Source: an uncultured Cytophagia bacterium (GTDB taxonomy: Bacteria > Zhuqueibacterota > Zhuqueibacteria > Thermofontimicrobiales > Thermofontimicrobiaceae). From it: DNA of 64,000 bases. The translations under genes were made by a program, and so were the position numbers. The notes beneath the pieces are model-generated. The model was given only the letters and a program-made list of their open reading frames with translations. It searched no databases and had not been told where the DNA came from. This document shows positions 10,056 through 18,405 of this stretch, piece by piece (positions within the stretch are counted from its first letter, which is position 1; every line of letters begins with the position of its first letter). The DNA lies in the NCBI GenBank assembly GCA_964472785.1, contig CAYYMH010000004.1:66995-130994 (forward strand), in the 5' to 3' direction.

Positions 10056-11495
10056 CTATTTTCCAATTATTTTTCTCACAAACTTCACCACCGCATTATC
10101 AGTTAATCGCGCCGCAAAAGCCTGAGTTGCGGGTCGCTTTACCATGTCACCATAGGTCGGATAAATATGGATCATCTTCTGAATTTTGTGAAATGGGATG
10201 CCCAGAGATTTCGCAAGCTGGGCTTCATGCAAAAGATCAGCCGCGCGCTCACCGATAATATGAATACCGAGCAGATTTCCACCTTTGCCAACAACAAACT
10301 TGCTCATTCCCGTAGTCTCCAAATCAGTTTTTGCCCGATCAACTTTCTCATAATTGAATGTGTAAACTTTGACTTTTTTACCGTATTTTTCCCGGGACTC
10401 CTGTTCGGTTAAGCCAGCATGAGCAAACTCAGGATCAGTAAAAGTTGACCACACAATATTTTCGTAATTTACTTTTCGTTTGATCGGTAACGGTAAAACT
10501 GCATTCGGTACAGCAATGCCAGCGTGGTATTCAGCAATATGGCTGAACTGATAAGACCCGATGACATCGCCCAAAGCATAAATATTTTTCGCAGTCGTGC
10601 GCAATGTTTGATCCGTTTTAATTCCTTTTTGGGAATATTCCACACCGGCATTCTCCAAATCCAATCCATCCACATTGGGTCGCCTGCCCACTGCAATCAG
10701 CACGTTGTCAGCCTCAATCTCTTTATCATTACCATTTTGATTGTTTTTTACGGAAACAACAACCTTGTCTCCCTTTTTTGCAAGCGCCATTGCTCTGGAT
10801 TGGGTCAAAAATTCGACCCCATCGTCAACCATTCGATCCATGAGAATTTTAACTAATTCACGGTCTTCCCGAGAAAGGATGTGGTCAGTCATTTCAACTT
10901 GAGTGACTTTTACACCCAACCGGCTTAGTGCAGATGCCATCTCGGTTCCGATGGGTCCGCCGCCAATAATGATGATGGATTCAGGAAGTTTGTCCAGTTC
11001 AAAAATATTTTCATTGGTTAAATATGGGACGTCTTCTATCCCCTCAATAGGCGGAACAAAAGGACTGGACCCGGTTGAAATGATAAATTTATTTGAAGAA
11101 ATCGTCTGGTCACCAATTTTCAAATGGTGATTATCGATAAATTTTGGAGATCCAATAAATACGTTAATCCCCATGTCTTCAAACACTTCAGGCTTCTCTT
11201 CCTCGTACACCTGCTCGCGAATTTTCCGAACATGCGCCATCACATTGTCCGTATTTAATTCCATCTTTCCAGCAACTGTTAACCCGTATTTTTCGAGTTT
11301 CTTTACATGATCGGCAATCTCACTGGATTTGATTAACGCCTTGCTGGGCACACATCCGTACCAGGTACAATCCCCACCTATTTTTTTCTTTTCAATAAAA
11401 GCAACTTTTTTCCCCAATCTATTTCCAAGTATCGCTGAACTGATTCCTCCAGAACCCGCTCCGATAACCGTTAAATCATAGTCATAGTTAGCCAT
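10056..11495 (-). CDS. Class I pyridine nucleotide-disulfide oxidoreductase (MerA/Lpd-like, no metal-binding C-terminal CC)
   Basis: GAGSGG, redox-active GGDCTWYGCVPSK, GGGPIG and HIYPT motifs; no HMA domain and no terminal Cys-Cys. Confidence 0.88.
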   Translation of the reverse strand: MANYDYDLTVIGAGSGGISSAILGNRLGKKVAFIEKKKIGGDCTWYGCVPSKALIKSSEIADHVKKLEKYGLTVAGKMELNTDNVMAHVRKIREQVYEEEKPEVFEDMGINVFIGSPKFIDNHHLKIGDQTISSNKFIISTGSSPFVPPIEGIEDVPYLTNENIFELDKLPESIIIIGGGPIGTEMASALSRLGVKVTQVEMTDHILSREDRELVKILMDRMVDDGVEFLTQSRAMALAKKGDKVVVSVKNNQNGNDKEIEADNVLIAVGRRPNVDGLDLENAGVEYSQKGIKTDQTLRTTAKNIYALGDVIGSYQFSHIAEYHAGIAVPNAVLPLPIKRKVNYENIVWSTFTDPEFAHAGLTEQESREKYGKKVKVYTFNYEKVDRAKTDLETTGMSKFVVGKGGNLLGIHIIGERAADLLHEAQLAKSLGIPFHKIQKMIHIYPTYGDMVKRPATQAFAARLTDNAVVKFVRKIIGK

Positions 11496-11509
11496 TTCAA
11501 AACTCCTAT

Positions 11510-11815
11510 TTACGTTTCATTTTCATCATTTATTTTTTTAAATTCCCAAATCATCGGTACAATCATCATAATCATCAAAGCGACAACCGTGCTAATTAAA
11601 AAGCTCAAACCTAAAGAAATATCAGTAACAAGTAGAAAATGTAAAAACCTTTCTGCAGCCACGAACAATCCTATTAGCACGACAACTGCAAAAAGCCAGT
11701 TGCGAAATCGAATTTGATTTCCGCAGGAAGGACAAGTAAATTTACCCCAATTATCCCAACCTTTGATAATAGAAACCGGTCCGATTTTCATTCCACATTC
11801 AGGACATTTACCCAT
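11510..11815 (-). CDS. Small membrane protein with an N-terminal zinc-ribbon (CPEC...CPSC)
   Basis: Two CxxC pairs then two hydrophobic helices; GGAG Shine-Dalgarno before ATG 11815. Confidence 0.7.
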   Translation of the reverse strand: MGKCPECGMKIGPVSIIKGWDNWGKFTCPSCGNQIRFRNWLFAVVVLIGLFVAAERFLHFLLVTDISLGLSFLISTVVALMIMMIVPMIWEFKKINDENET

Positions 11816-11842
11816 TTTTATCTCCAATATTTAATTATTCAA

Positions 11843-12019
11843 TGTTTGAACGAAAACTCTAATTTTTGTCATTTTGAGGAGTACCTCGTCAAGCTCGGCA
11901 TAAACTCCACCACGAAAAATCTCATCCCACTAAGTGCTTGTCTATGTTAGGCTTATTGGTGTGAAATTCTTCATCCGCCGAAGGCGGATTCAGAATGACA
12001 TTTTGTTTTCGTTTAATCA
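11843..12019. repeat. REP doublet (TGTCATTYTGA...TCAGAATGACA) inside imperfect outer inverted repeats
   Basis: TGTCATTTTGA 11867-11877 and TCAGAATGACA 11990-12000; hairpin ATCCGCCGAAGGCGGAT; outer TGTTTGAACGAAAAC 11843-11857 vs GTTTTCGTTTAATCA 12005-12019 (13/15 match). Confidence 0.65.
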
Positions 12020-12070
12020 TTACTTATCAATTTCATAAAGTTAATTCATAACTTCCCATCTAATATAAAA

Positions 12071-12781
12071 CTACATTCGTTCGGGAACAGGCGTTTTTAT
12101 ATTCTTCCGTTTTTTAATTTTTTTAAAAATTGTCGGTATGAACATAAGTAAAATGAATATTCCCAACGCAACAAAAAACTGCACGGAAATGATGTTATCT
12201 AAAGAACTACCAAGCATCGCATTAATGAAGCCGCCAGGAGCCATTCCAATAAATGAAGCAATGAAAAAGTCTCGAAATTTAATTTTCGAAAGTCCGGCTC
12301 CAAAGTTTACTGCATCGTATTGAAAAAGAGGAATCAATCGCATGAAGATCATCATTCGAAATCCGTTTTTTTCGATGCTATCATCGAATGATTTGATACG
12401 CCCTTTGTGAAGCCATTCAAAATGTTCGATAAATTTTCTGCCGAAAACCCGGGCGATCATAAACGAAAGTGATGCACCCAAGGTCGCCCCTATTAAAATA
12501 TAAATCGTTCCGAACCACTTTCCAAAAGCCAAACCACCTGCGAGTGACATGACTCCGACAGGAATCACAAGCACTGCACCGCGAAGCGCATAAATGACCA
12601 TAAAAACGATCGGCGCCCAGATACCAAAACTTAAAATGAAATCACGAATTTTTTCAGGTTTGAAGTCCGATATTTTCAAAGGTGTTAATCTGAATACAAT
12701 CGCTATGATTGCTATAATTGCCATCAGTATCAGAATCCTGATCCATTTATTCATTTTATTACCGCTATCTTGTTGTTCCAT
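12071..12781 (-). CDS. TVP38/TMEM64 (DedA/VTT, SNARE-associated) membrane protein
   Basis: LAGGLAFG, GATLGASLSF and MRLIPLFQYDAVNFGAG motifs. Confidence 0.9.
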   Translation of the reverse strand: MEQQDSGNKMNKWIRILILMAIIAIIAIVFRLTPLKISDFKPEKIRDFILSFGIWAPIVFMVIYALRGAVLVIPVGVMSLAGGLAFGKWFGTIYILIGATLGASLSFMIARVFGRKFIEHFEWLHKGRIKSFDDSIEKNGFRMMIFMRLIPLFQYDAVNFGAGLSKIKFRDFFIASFIGMAPGGFINAMLGSSLDNIISVQFFVALGIFILLMFIPTIFKKIKKRKNIKTPVPERM

Positions 12782-12831
12782 CGTATTACTCCGTATGAGT
12801 TATTTTTGAATAGTCATATTAAATACTATTT

Positions 12832-13524
12832 TCATTTTCCCAAATCTACATACTTGGTATTTGGATTATCCAACTTCCATTGTCTCCACGTGGTCAACGT
12901 TGACGGAATTTCATCGACGACCTGATCCGCGTACAAACCGCTGATACAAACAAGCGGCGTGCTTCCTTCTTTGAAATTCACATACGGATACCATATACTT
13001 TCGGTCTGATGATCGTACAGTAAAAACGTTCTCTCATAAGTCCACCCACTGGGAGCAAAGGTTAATGTTTCGCCTTCAATGTCACGGCTGTACACGACAG
13101 CCAAATTTTCCAGCGGTCAGTAATTAACCGAAACATTAAGCCCGCCAATTCTATCGTTCACAACTTCATGGCTCGCCAATATCTGCACAGGATAAGCCCT
13201 CACATCATCATTAATATTTACTCCAATGACAGAAATTCCAGAATTGTCACTGGGGTATCCATTCATCCCTTCAGATATGACTTGCGGGAAATTAATTGGC
13301 TGAATTGCATTCGGACCAAGTCCATAATTAAATTTTCCCGGCTCTAATCCGTACTCTTTCACCGCATGGGTAATATCCCATTCTTTACCAGTTCTGTCAG
13401 TAATTGTGACCTGATTATTGGTATCATCCTCTGTTATGTCAGAATTTGTGCTACTTTTATTTTTACAGGACTGTGCGATCAAAACAACTAAAGTAATGAT
13501 CAAAAACATTTTGAATAATTTCAT
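12832..13524 (-). CDS. DUF3179 (seleno)lipoprotein, 230 aa, with Sec at codon 136 (joins two track ORFs across an in-frame TGA)
   Basis: Track ORFs 13117-13524 and 12832-13104 are in the same frame, separated only by TGA CCG CTG GAA AAT. Read-through gives VSVNY-U-PLENLAVVYSR, matching the DUF3179 VTYCPL motif. Downstream SGWTY...YDHQTESIW matches the family. Lipobox-like IAQSC. Confidence 0.85.
13086..13119 (-). promoter_or_regulatory. Bacterial SECIS-like element
   Basis: mRNA reads UGA, 14 nt, then GGCUGU-CGUGU-ACAGCC: a perfect 6-bp stem with G then U in the apical loop, the loop starting 20 nt after UGA. Confidence 0.7.
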
Positions 13525-13543
13525 CTGATTTTCTCCTTAATAA

Positions 13544-14260
13544 TTAAGCTTTAAATGAAAATTCCCGTTCAAATAATTTTTTTAAAATCGTATACGTTTT
13601 TTTCTTATAAAAAAATTGATGTTCTAAATTGCGTCTTTTCAGATGCTCCCACAAAGCGACTAAATCATCATAGGTATCGATATCATATTTCATTTCCAAT
13701 TGGGCAATTTCCAAATCTTTTTTTTGTGCACAATTTATTGTTTGCTGAAACACAATACTCGTGCTCCAATCGATATATTTGAACAATACCGGATAAAATT
13801 TAGTCGAACCGATCAAATAATAACCTCCGTCGTTAGCAAGCCCTAAAACGATATCGTTCTCATCCAATGCCGTAAAGCCGCGAATAATTGTGGTTTTATC
13901 CAAAGTCGGAATATCACTCCCGATCAACAATACCTTTTCGTAACCTTCATCAAAAATTTCACGCATGGCATTGGACATTTTTTCTCCCAGATCACGACCG
14001 TGCTGCTGATAATAATCCAAATCATCTCCCAGCCAATTTTTGATCATCTCATCAGCATGAGACGGTGTGTAAAACCATTTGACATCACAAAACTTGACAT
14101 CTTTGAACAGTTCAGCCAAATCCTCAACCATTGCCTGATATAATTCCAGCGACTCCTCCGGCGCTAATTGGGGTTGAAGCCGGGTTTTTACATTGCCGTA
14201 CTCTGGTGCTTTTATAAATATAATTAATGCATTATTTTTTTTTGATGTTGTGCCATTCAT
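13544..14260 (-). CDS. TIGR04282-type transferase (DUF2064, GT-A-like; 'rSAM/selenodomain-associated transferase 1')
   Basis: FIKAPEYGNVKTRL, QHGRDLGEKM, LIGSDIP, LGLANDGGYYLIG and DIDT..DL motifs. Confidence 0.88.
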   Translation of the reverse strand: MNGTTSKKNNALIIFIKAPEYGNVKTRLQPQLAPEESLELYQAMVEDLAELFKDVKFCDVKWFYTPSHADEMIKNWLGDDLDYYQQHGRDLGEKMSNAMREIFDEGYEKVLLIGSDIPTLDKTTIIRGFTALDENDIVLGLANDGGYYLIGSTKFYPVLFKYIDWSTSIVFQQTINCAQKKDLEIAQLEMKYDIDTYDDLVALWEHLKRRNLEHQFFYKKKTYTILKKLFEREFSFKA

Positions 14261-14368
14261 AATTTAAACACCTTATCTTCAGTCTGTATTGTAATAAAAT
14301 ACAATTATTATGGTTGTCAATCAGAATTTACAATTAGACTTTTATTTGAACCAATAGTATTTATATTT

Positions 14369-14902
14369 TTAATTGACAAAAAAAGCAGATTCCAATCTGC
14401 GCCCTGCCTTGATTACTCTTTTAGATGCATCATCAACCAGAAAGTTGCTTGAGTTTACCTCCGTATTGTTTAAAACAAGCTTATTTACATCAATAGGCTC
14501 TGAAAAAGAATGAATCAGTCTTTCAACTTTTTGGATGGCTTTCTCAATTGCAGTCTTTATGTCAGGCTCACTGAGCGGGCTTTGCAGATAAACTTCCGCC
14601 ATTTGCTGGCATTCATTGAAAATTTCTGTGGCAGGTTTTGGCGTGACGCCTGAATTCTCAAGTAATTTTAATGTATCATATTCATAGCGAATCTGATTTT
14701 TTAGGTGCATTTGGCTGCCGGTATTCAGCCGCAGGACTGACCTTAATGACGGTGCTCGAAGCAGAAAATTAATATTGTATTTACCCTGAGCCAAAAATTC
14801 GACAGTCATGTCTTCGGATTTTTTAACGCCAAATATTTCTTTTATCTCGCTTAATTTCGTGTATTCCCAAGCAATTAATAAAAAGTGATTTTCATTTCCC
14901 AT
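14369..14902 (-). pseudogene. Truncated aminoglycoside-phosphotransferase-like kinase remnant
   Basis: Has N-lobe FLAQGKYNINF...RLNTGSQMHLKNQIRYEY and a Brenner-like NTEVNSSNFLV, but only 177 aa: the middle region seems deleted and there is no downstream DWE-type motif. Confidence 0.55.
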
Positions 14903-14964
14903 AATTATCCACGTTTTTTTTAAATGAAAAGTATCATCTATTTTATTTTTCGCAGAGATGAAAA

Positions 14965-14987
14965 TGCCATTGAAGCGGTCAATGGCA
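14965..14987. repeat. Intergenic perfect hairpin TGCCATTGA-AGCGG-TCAATGGCA
   Basis: 9-bp perfect inverted repeat; REP-like or terminator-like. Confidence 0.45.
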
Positions 14988-15108
14988 AATTGAATTCTTT
15001 ATTTAAATCCGATTGAAATTTTGAAACATAGAAAATTTTGTATTTCGAATTGAATGCCTCAAACGTTAAAAAATATTTTTCACCAAATCCTTGCTGATAG
15101 CTAATCGC

Positions 15109-15798
15109 TTACTTAAATTCATACCACTGGGCCAACGTATCCGGTGAAAAACCTAATTTGTAACCAATCTGCAATAGCCAATTTCTGAATAAATTCTTCG
15201 CTTTGCCCTCTTCAATCCAGCGGCGTGCAGAGGTGTTAATCCTGTAAGGTAAAATAATGACATCCCCTTCTTTCTTCAGTCGACTGCAAAAATCCATGTC
15301 CTCCATGAGTGGAATCTCTTTGTAACCGCCAATTTTCTGAAATACATTCCGGCGAACAAAAATTCCCATATCCCCGTAGAACGTATTTAGTAAATGATTT
15401 TTTAAATTGGACATCACTTCCACAGTTCGAAAAAACCATCCCACCTCGTCCAGATTATACTCAAAAGCACCGCCAACAATGCGCTCGTTCAAAAATAACT
15501 TTTTAACAGCATTTATCGAATGTGGATGTGGGGTTACATCGGCGTGCAAAAACCATAAAATATCACCGGCAGCTAATTTTGCACCGGCATTCATTTGTGC
15601 ACCTCTGCCGCGTGGCGCCTGAATAACGTTGGCATATTTCTTGGCTATTTTTACCGTATCATCTGCGCTGTTTGCATCTGCGACTATAATTTCGAGGGTG
15701 CTATCCAACTGGTGCAAATAATGCAAAAGTGAACCGATGTTTTCCTCTTCATTCAACGTCGGAATAATCACTGATATTTTAATTTTGGATGTCGTCAT
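15109..15798 (-). CDS. TIGR04283-type GT2 glycosyltransferase ('rSAM/selenodomain-associated transferase 2')
   Basis: SVIIPTLNEEENI, RGAQMNAGA, WFLHAD, YGDMGIFVRR, PLMEDMDF and TSARRW motifs. Confidence 0.9.
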   Translation of the reverse strand: MTTSKIKISVIIPTLNEEENIGSLLHYLHQLDSTLEIIVADANSADDTVKIAKKYANVIQAPRGRGAQMNAGAKLAAGDILWFLHADVTPHPHSINAVKKLFLNERIVGGAFEYNLDEVGWFFRTVEVMSNLKNHLLNTFYGDMGIFVRRNVFQKIGGYKEIPLMEDMDFCSRLKKEGDVIILPYRINTSARRWIEEGKAKNLFRNWLLQIGYKLGFSPDTLAQWYEFK

Positions 15799-15857
15799 CT
15801 ATAAAAGCGGCTTGAGTTTTTTCCGTTTCCGTTTTCATTCCTATAAAAGTCGCTAAA

Positions 15858-15956
15858 TCAAAAACTAACTGTATGACCGAGCCAAAATACAAATAAAAGA
15901 ACAACCACATGCAAAATCCACCAACCGATCCTGCCTCTGATAAAATATTTAAGCAT
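15858..15956 (-). CDS. Unannotated 32-aa membrane peptide MLKYFIRGRIGWWILHVVVLLFVFWLGHTVSF
   Basis: ATG 15956 preceded by GGAGGT (overlapping the upstream gene's last codons); single hydrophobic helix; TGA at 15858-15860. Confidence 0.7.
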   Translation of the reverse strand: MLKYFIRGRIGWWILHVVVLLFVFWLGHTVSF

Positions 15957-15959
15957 GAC

Positions 15960-16430
15960 TTACCTCCATAAAAAATGTCCGGCTGCAAAAATGACTGCAA
16001 CGTAAATAAAATGTTTGATCCACCAAAGTGTCGTGAACATCCGCCCTAAACCTGACGGGTAATAATGGGCTAAAACGCGTTGCGCAATAAACAGTTTGGC
16101 TAATAAGATGAAAATATCAGCCAATGTGGTTTTTAAAAGTAGATTCCCAATCGTCAAAGGACTGGGTAATGCCGACAAGCTAAACGTTGCCATGATGACC
16201 GTACCGAAAATAACCCCAAATCCGTTAATCAAATAGCCGATGATGACCGTCTTTTTTGAATTGAGCAAAAATGGCACAATGATCACATTCAGCAATCCGA
16301 AAATGAAAGGAATAAAATTTGCCGGATTGGCCTCTACAATCGGATGAATCCGCAAATGCAGCAGCCAGCCACCCAATGAAATGAGTATCAAAGCCCAGAT
16401 GTACTGATGAATCTCCTTTTTGAATAACAT
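15960..16430 (-). CDS. Hypothetical integral membrane protein (about 5 TM)
   Basis: Hydrophobic ORF with GAGG Shine-Dalgarno; LGGWLLHLRIHP segment. Confidence 0.75.
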   Translation of the reverse strand: MLFKKEIHQYIWALILISLGGWLLHLRIHPIVEANPANFIPFIFGLLNVIIVPFLLNSKKTVIIGYLINGFGVIFGTVIMATFSLSALPSPLTIGNLLLKTTLADIFILLAKLFIAQRVLAHYYPSGLGRMFTTLWWIKHFIYVAVIFAAGHFLWR

Positions 16431-16656
16431 GCTTTTTACCTCACATTTTAATTTACTTTTTTAAACTGTTTACTTTACAAAATTTGCCACGAAAACCCCA
16501 AGACACGAAGAAATAATAAGTTATAAGGAATTTATTTTTAAAGCCAGTTATATCTTATTCACATACTATTAATGTTTTAATTATTTTTTTCTTCGAGTAT
16601 TCCTGACTTGGAGACAAAAAAAATTTCAAATTCAAAAAGCTGGAGTCAAAATATTT

Positions 16657-17430
16657 TTAAAACCAAAACATTCGGAAAATATTAAAACCTAACCGATAAT
16701 CATTATCAGCAATATCCAGATCGCCGCCGGAAACATACATATCGGTCGTTAATCCAATGGCATTGGTAATCACGACTTGAAAAACGTGCCCGCCTATTTT
16801 ATAATCCAGACCTGCGCCCCAACTGTTCGTCTTTTGTTTGTATCCGTCAACCACTGGAACCCATTCACCGATCAAAGCTAAATTATCGAAAAGCAAAAAT
16901 CGCCCACCGACGCCCAACGAAAACGTATCTTCCGACAGCGGATTCCCATAATTGGTATTTGTTGAAAAACCCGGAACTAAAATGATCGTAATCGAATTGC
17001 TTAGCTGACGCGAAATGAGCGCCTGAATATTAAATTTCATATTTTCAGAACGCCACACGTGCTCGCAGGGCTCAGGTTCAGTGAACAGACTGCCTCCTCC
17101 GTTCAGTCCAAACGAAAAAGGCCAGTCGCCTTGCTCGATTGGTAGCCATTTGAGTGATAATTCGAACTCGTGCTTGGTATTCGCATGTCCCAAGCTCAGG
17201 CTCAAATTATCACGGATTCCAAACCCCAAACTGATAAAAATGGAAGCAGGTCCATTCAAACCAAAATAAGTATCGTACCCACTACGAATCGTCGGATAGA
17301 ATCGGTGCGACACCCGAAACAACACATCCTTTTTGTCAAGCATTTTCGTTGTTGGCAGATTTATCAGTCGGGTCGCACTAAAATCCGGATCGAAAAATCG
17401 GTTTACTTCTTCTTTAGTTCCGGACTGGTC
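16657..17430 (-). CDS. DUF5777 family outer-membrane beta-barrel (C-terminal frame of a frameshifted fusion)
   Basis: Frame is open upstream of the track start, reading DQSGTKEEVNRFFDPDFSATRLINLPTTKM. Has FRVSHRF, GGHVFQVVITN and C-terminal GFNIFRMFWF. No signal peptide or RBS of its own. Confidence 0.8.
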   Translation of the reverse strand, partial: DQSGTKEEVNRFFDPDFSATRLINLPTTKMLDKKDVLFRVSHRFYPTIRSGYDTYFGLNGPASIFISLGFGIRDNLSLSLGHANTKHEFELSLKWLPIEQGDWPFSFGLNGGGSLFTEPEPCEHVWRSENMKFNIQALISRQLSNSITIILVPGFSTNTNYGNPLSEDTFSLGVGGRFLLFDNLALIGEWVPVVDGYKQKTNSWGAGLDYKIGGHVFQVVITNAIGLTTDMYVSGGDLDIADNDYRLGFNIFRMFWF

Positions 17431-17912
17431 TTTTTTTTTTCAGGTTTTTCTAATTTGATTGTTTCTTTTACCGCTTCCGGTTCTTTCAAACTGAAAATCC
17501 ATTTTTCGATGATTTCAATTTCCTCATCCACCAATGGTGGCGCTTCCACCGGCATTCTGTTGTCAACGATACCTTCCCCGCCTTTTACTTTCATCAAAAG
17601 ATAGCTCCGCTCCGGTCGTTTTGTGTCCACTAATTTCAATGTATCTATTTGCAAACTGGGAACATTGACAATCGCTTCGACAAATTTATCATCCTCAAGA
17701 TTCAACTTTTTCTTGGGATATTTGCCCCGATGACATCCGGCAACACTACAATGTTTTTTAAAAACAACTCTGACATCATTTAGCAGTTGCTCTTGTTTGA
17801 CTTGCTCCTTCGTATGCTTTTCTGATTTTGCTTTATCCTGATTATCGTTGGCAAAAATAATCCCTATTACGATCAAGGAAAAGACAAGAAAAATTGAAAT
17901 AATTTTTTTCAT
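17403..17912 (-). CDS. Exported c-type cytochrome-like domain (CSVAGCH; planctomycete cytochrome c-like), N-terminal frame of the fusion
   Basis: Signal peptide MKKIISIFLVFSLIVIGIIFA; CX4CH motif; SYLLMKV...RMP (axial Met candidate); GGAG Shine-Dalgarno. Confidence 0.75.
   Translation of the reverse strand: MKKIISIFLVFSLIVIGIIFANDNQDKAKSEKHTKEQVKQEQLLNDVRVVFKKHCSVAGCHRGKYPKKKLNLEDDKFVEAIVNVPSLQIDTLKLVDTKRPERSYLLMKVKGGEGIVDNRMPVEAPPLVDEEIEIIEKWIFSLKEPEAVKETIKLEKPEKKKTSPELKKK
17430..17440 (-). other. Slippery site: A10 run containing A_AAA_AAG
   Basis: mRNA GAA AAA AAA AAG ACC; a -1 shift or one extra A continues as GAC CAG TCC into the DUF5777 frame. Confidence 0.6.
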
Positions 17913-17934
17913 GGTAACGCTCCATTTTTGGTTG

Positions 17935-18366
17935 TTAATTTTGTTCAGCCCCTTTATCAATCCAGTTTCGAATCAACTGGATTTCATCATCGCTCAAGGC
18001 TGACTTGTTTATCGGCATCTTTTGGGTGCCACTGGTTTGACGTCCTTCAATTTTGATCACCAAATAGCTGTTCTCCGCATCTGACGGCTTAACCAGCAAT
18101 AAATCTTGCTCCTGCGATGAAGGTTGATTGACAAGGTGATCGTATGTATTTCCCTCTGACAAGTCCAAACCAGAAGCAGCGGCTGCTGAACTGTGACAGC
18201 CTGCAATAGCACAGTTCGCAGTAAAAATTGGCTGAATATCATTTGCAAAAGATGGATTTTCCTTGACACCATTATCCGGCGACGTCGGACAATCCTCTTT
18301 GCCGCAGCCAATCCACAAAAAGTGCGAAATACAAGCTATAAAAATAATTAATGTGAACTTTTTCAT
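17935..18366 (-). CDS. Lipoprotein with a cytochrome c-like domain (CAIAGCH)
   Basis: Lipobox LWIGC; CX4CH motif; SYLVIKIEG...KMP; paralogous to the next gene's N-terminal domain. Confidence 0.75.
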   Translation of the reverse strand: MKKFTLIIFIACISHFLWIGCGKEDCPTSPDNGVKENPSFANDIQPIFTANCAIAGCHSSAAAASGLDLSEGNTYDHLVNQPSSQEQDLLLVKPSDAENSYLVIKIEGRQTSGTQKMPINKSALSDDEIQLIRNWIDKGAEQN

Positions 18367-18405
18367 GTCTCAAACTCGCTTTGTTAAAAAAAGATTGTGT
18401 AAACA

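Noticed and set aside
10056-11495. Mercuric reductase (merA)
   Set aside because: It has the CxxxxC active site but no N-terminal HMA domain, no C-terminal Cys-Cys pair and no mer operon genes, so it is kept as a generic class I disulfide reductase.
15858-15860. TGA of the 32-aa peptide as a selenocysteine codon
   Set aside because: Read-through gives a low-complexity tail ending at another TGA, with no SECIS-like hairpin and no Cys-motif context.
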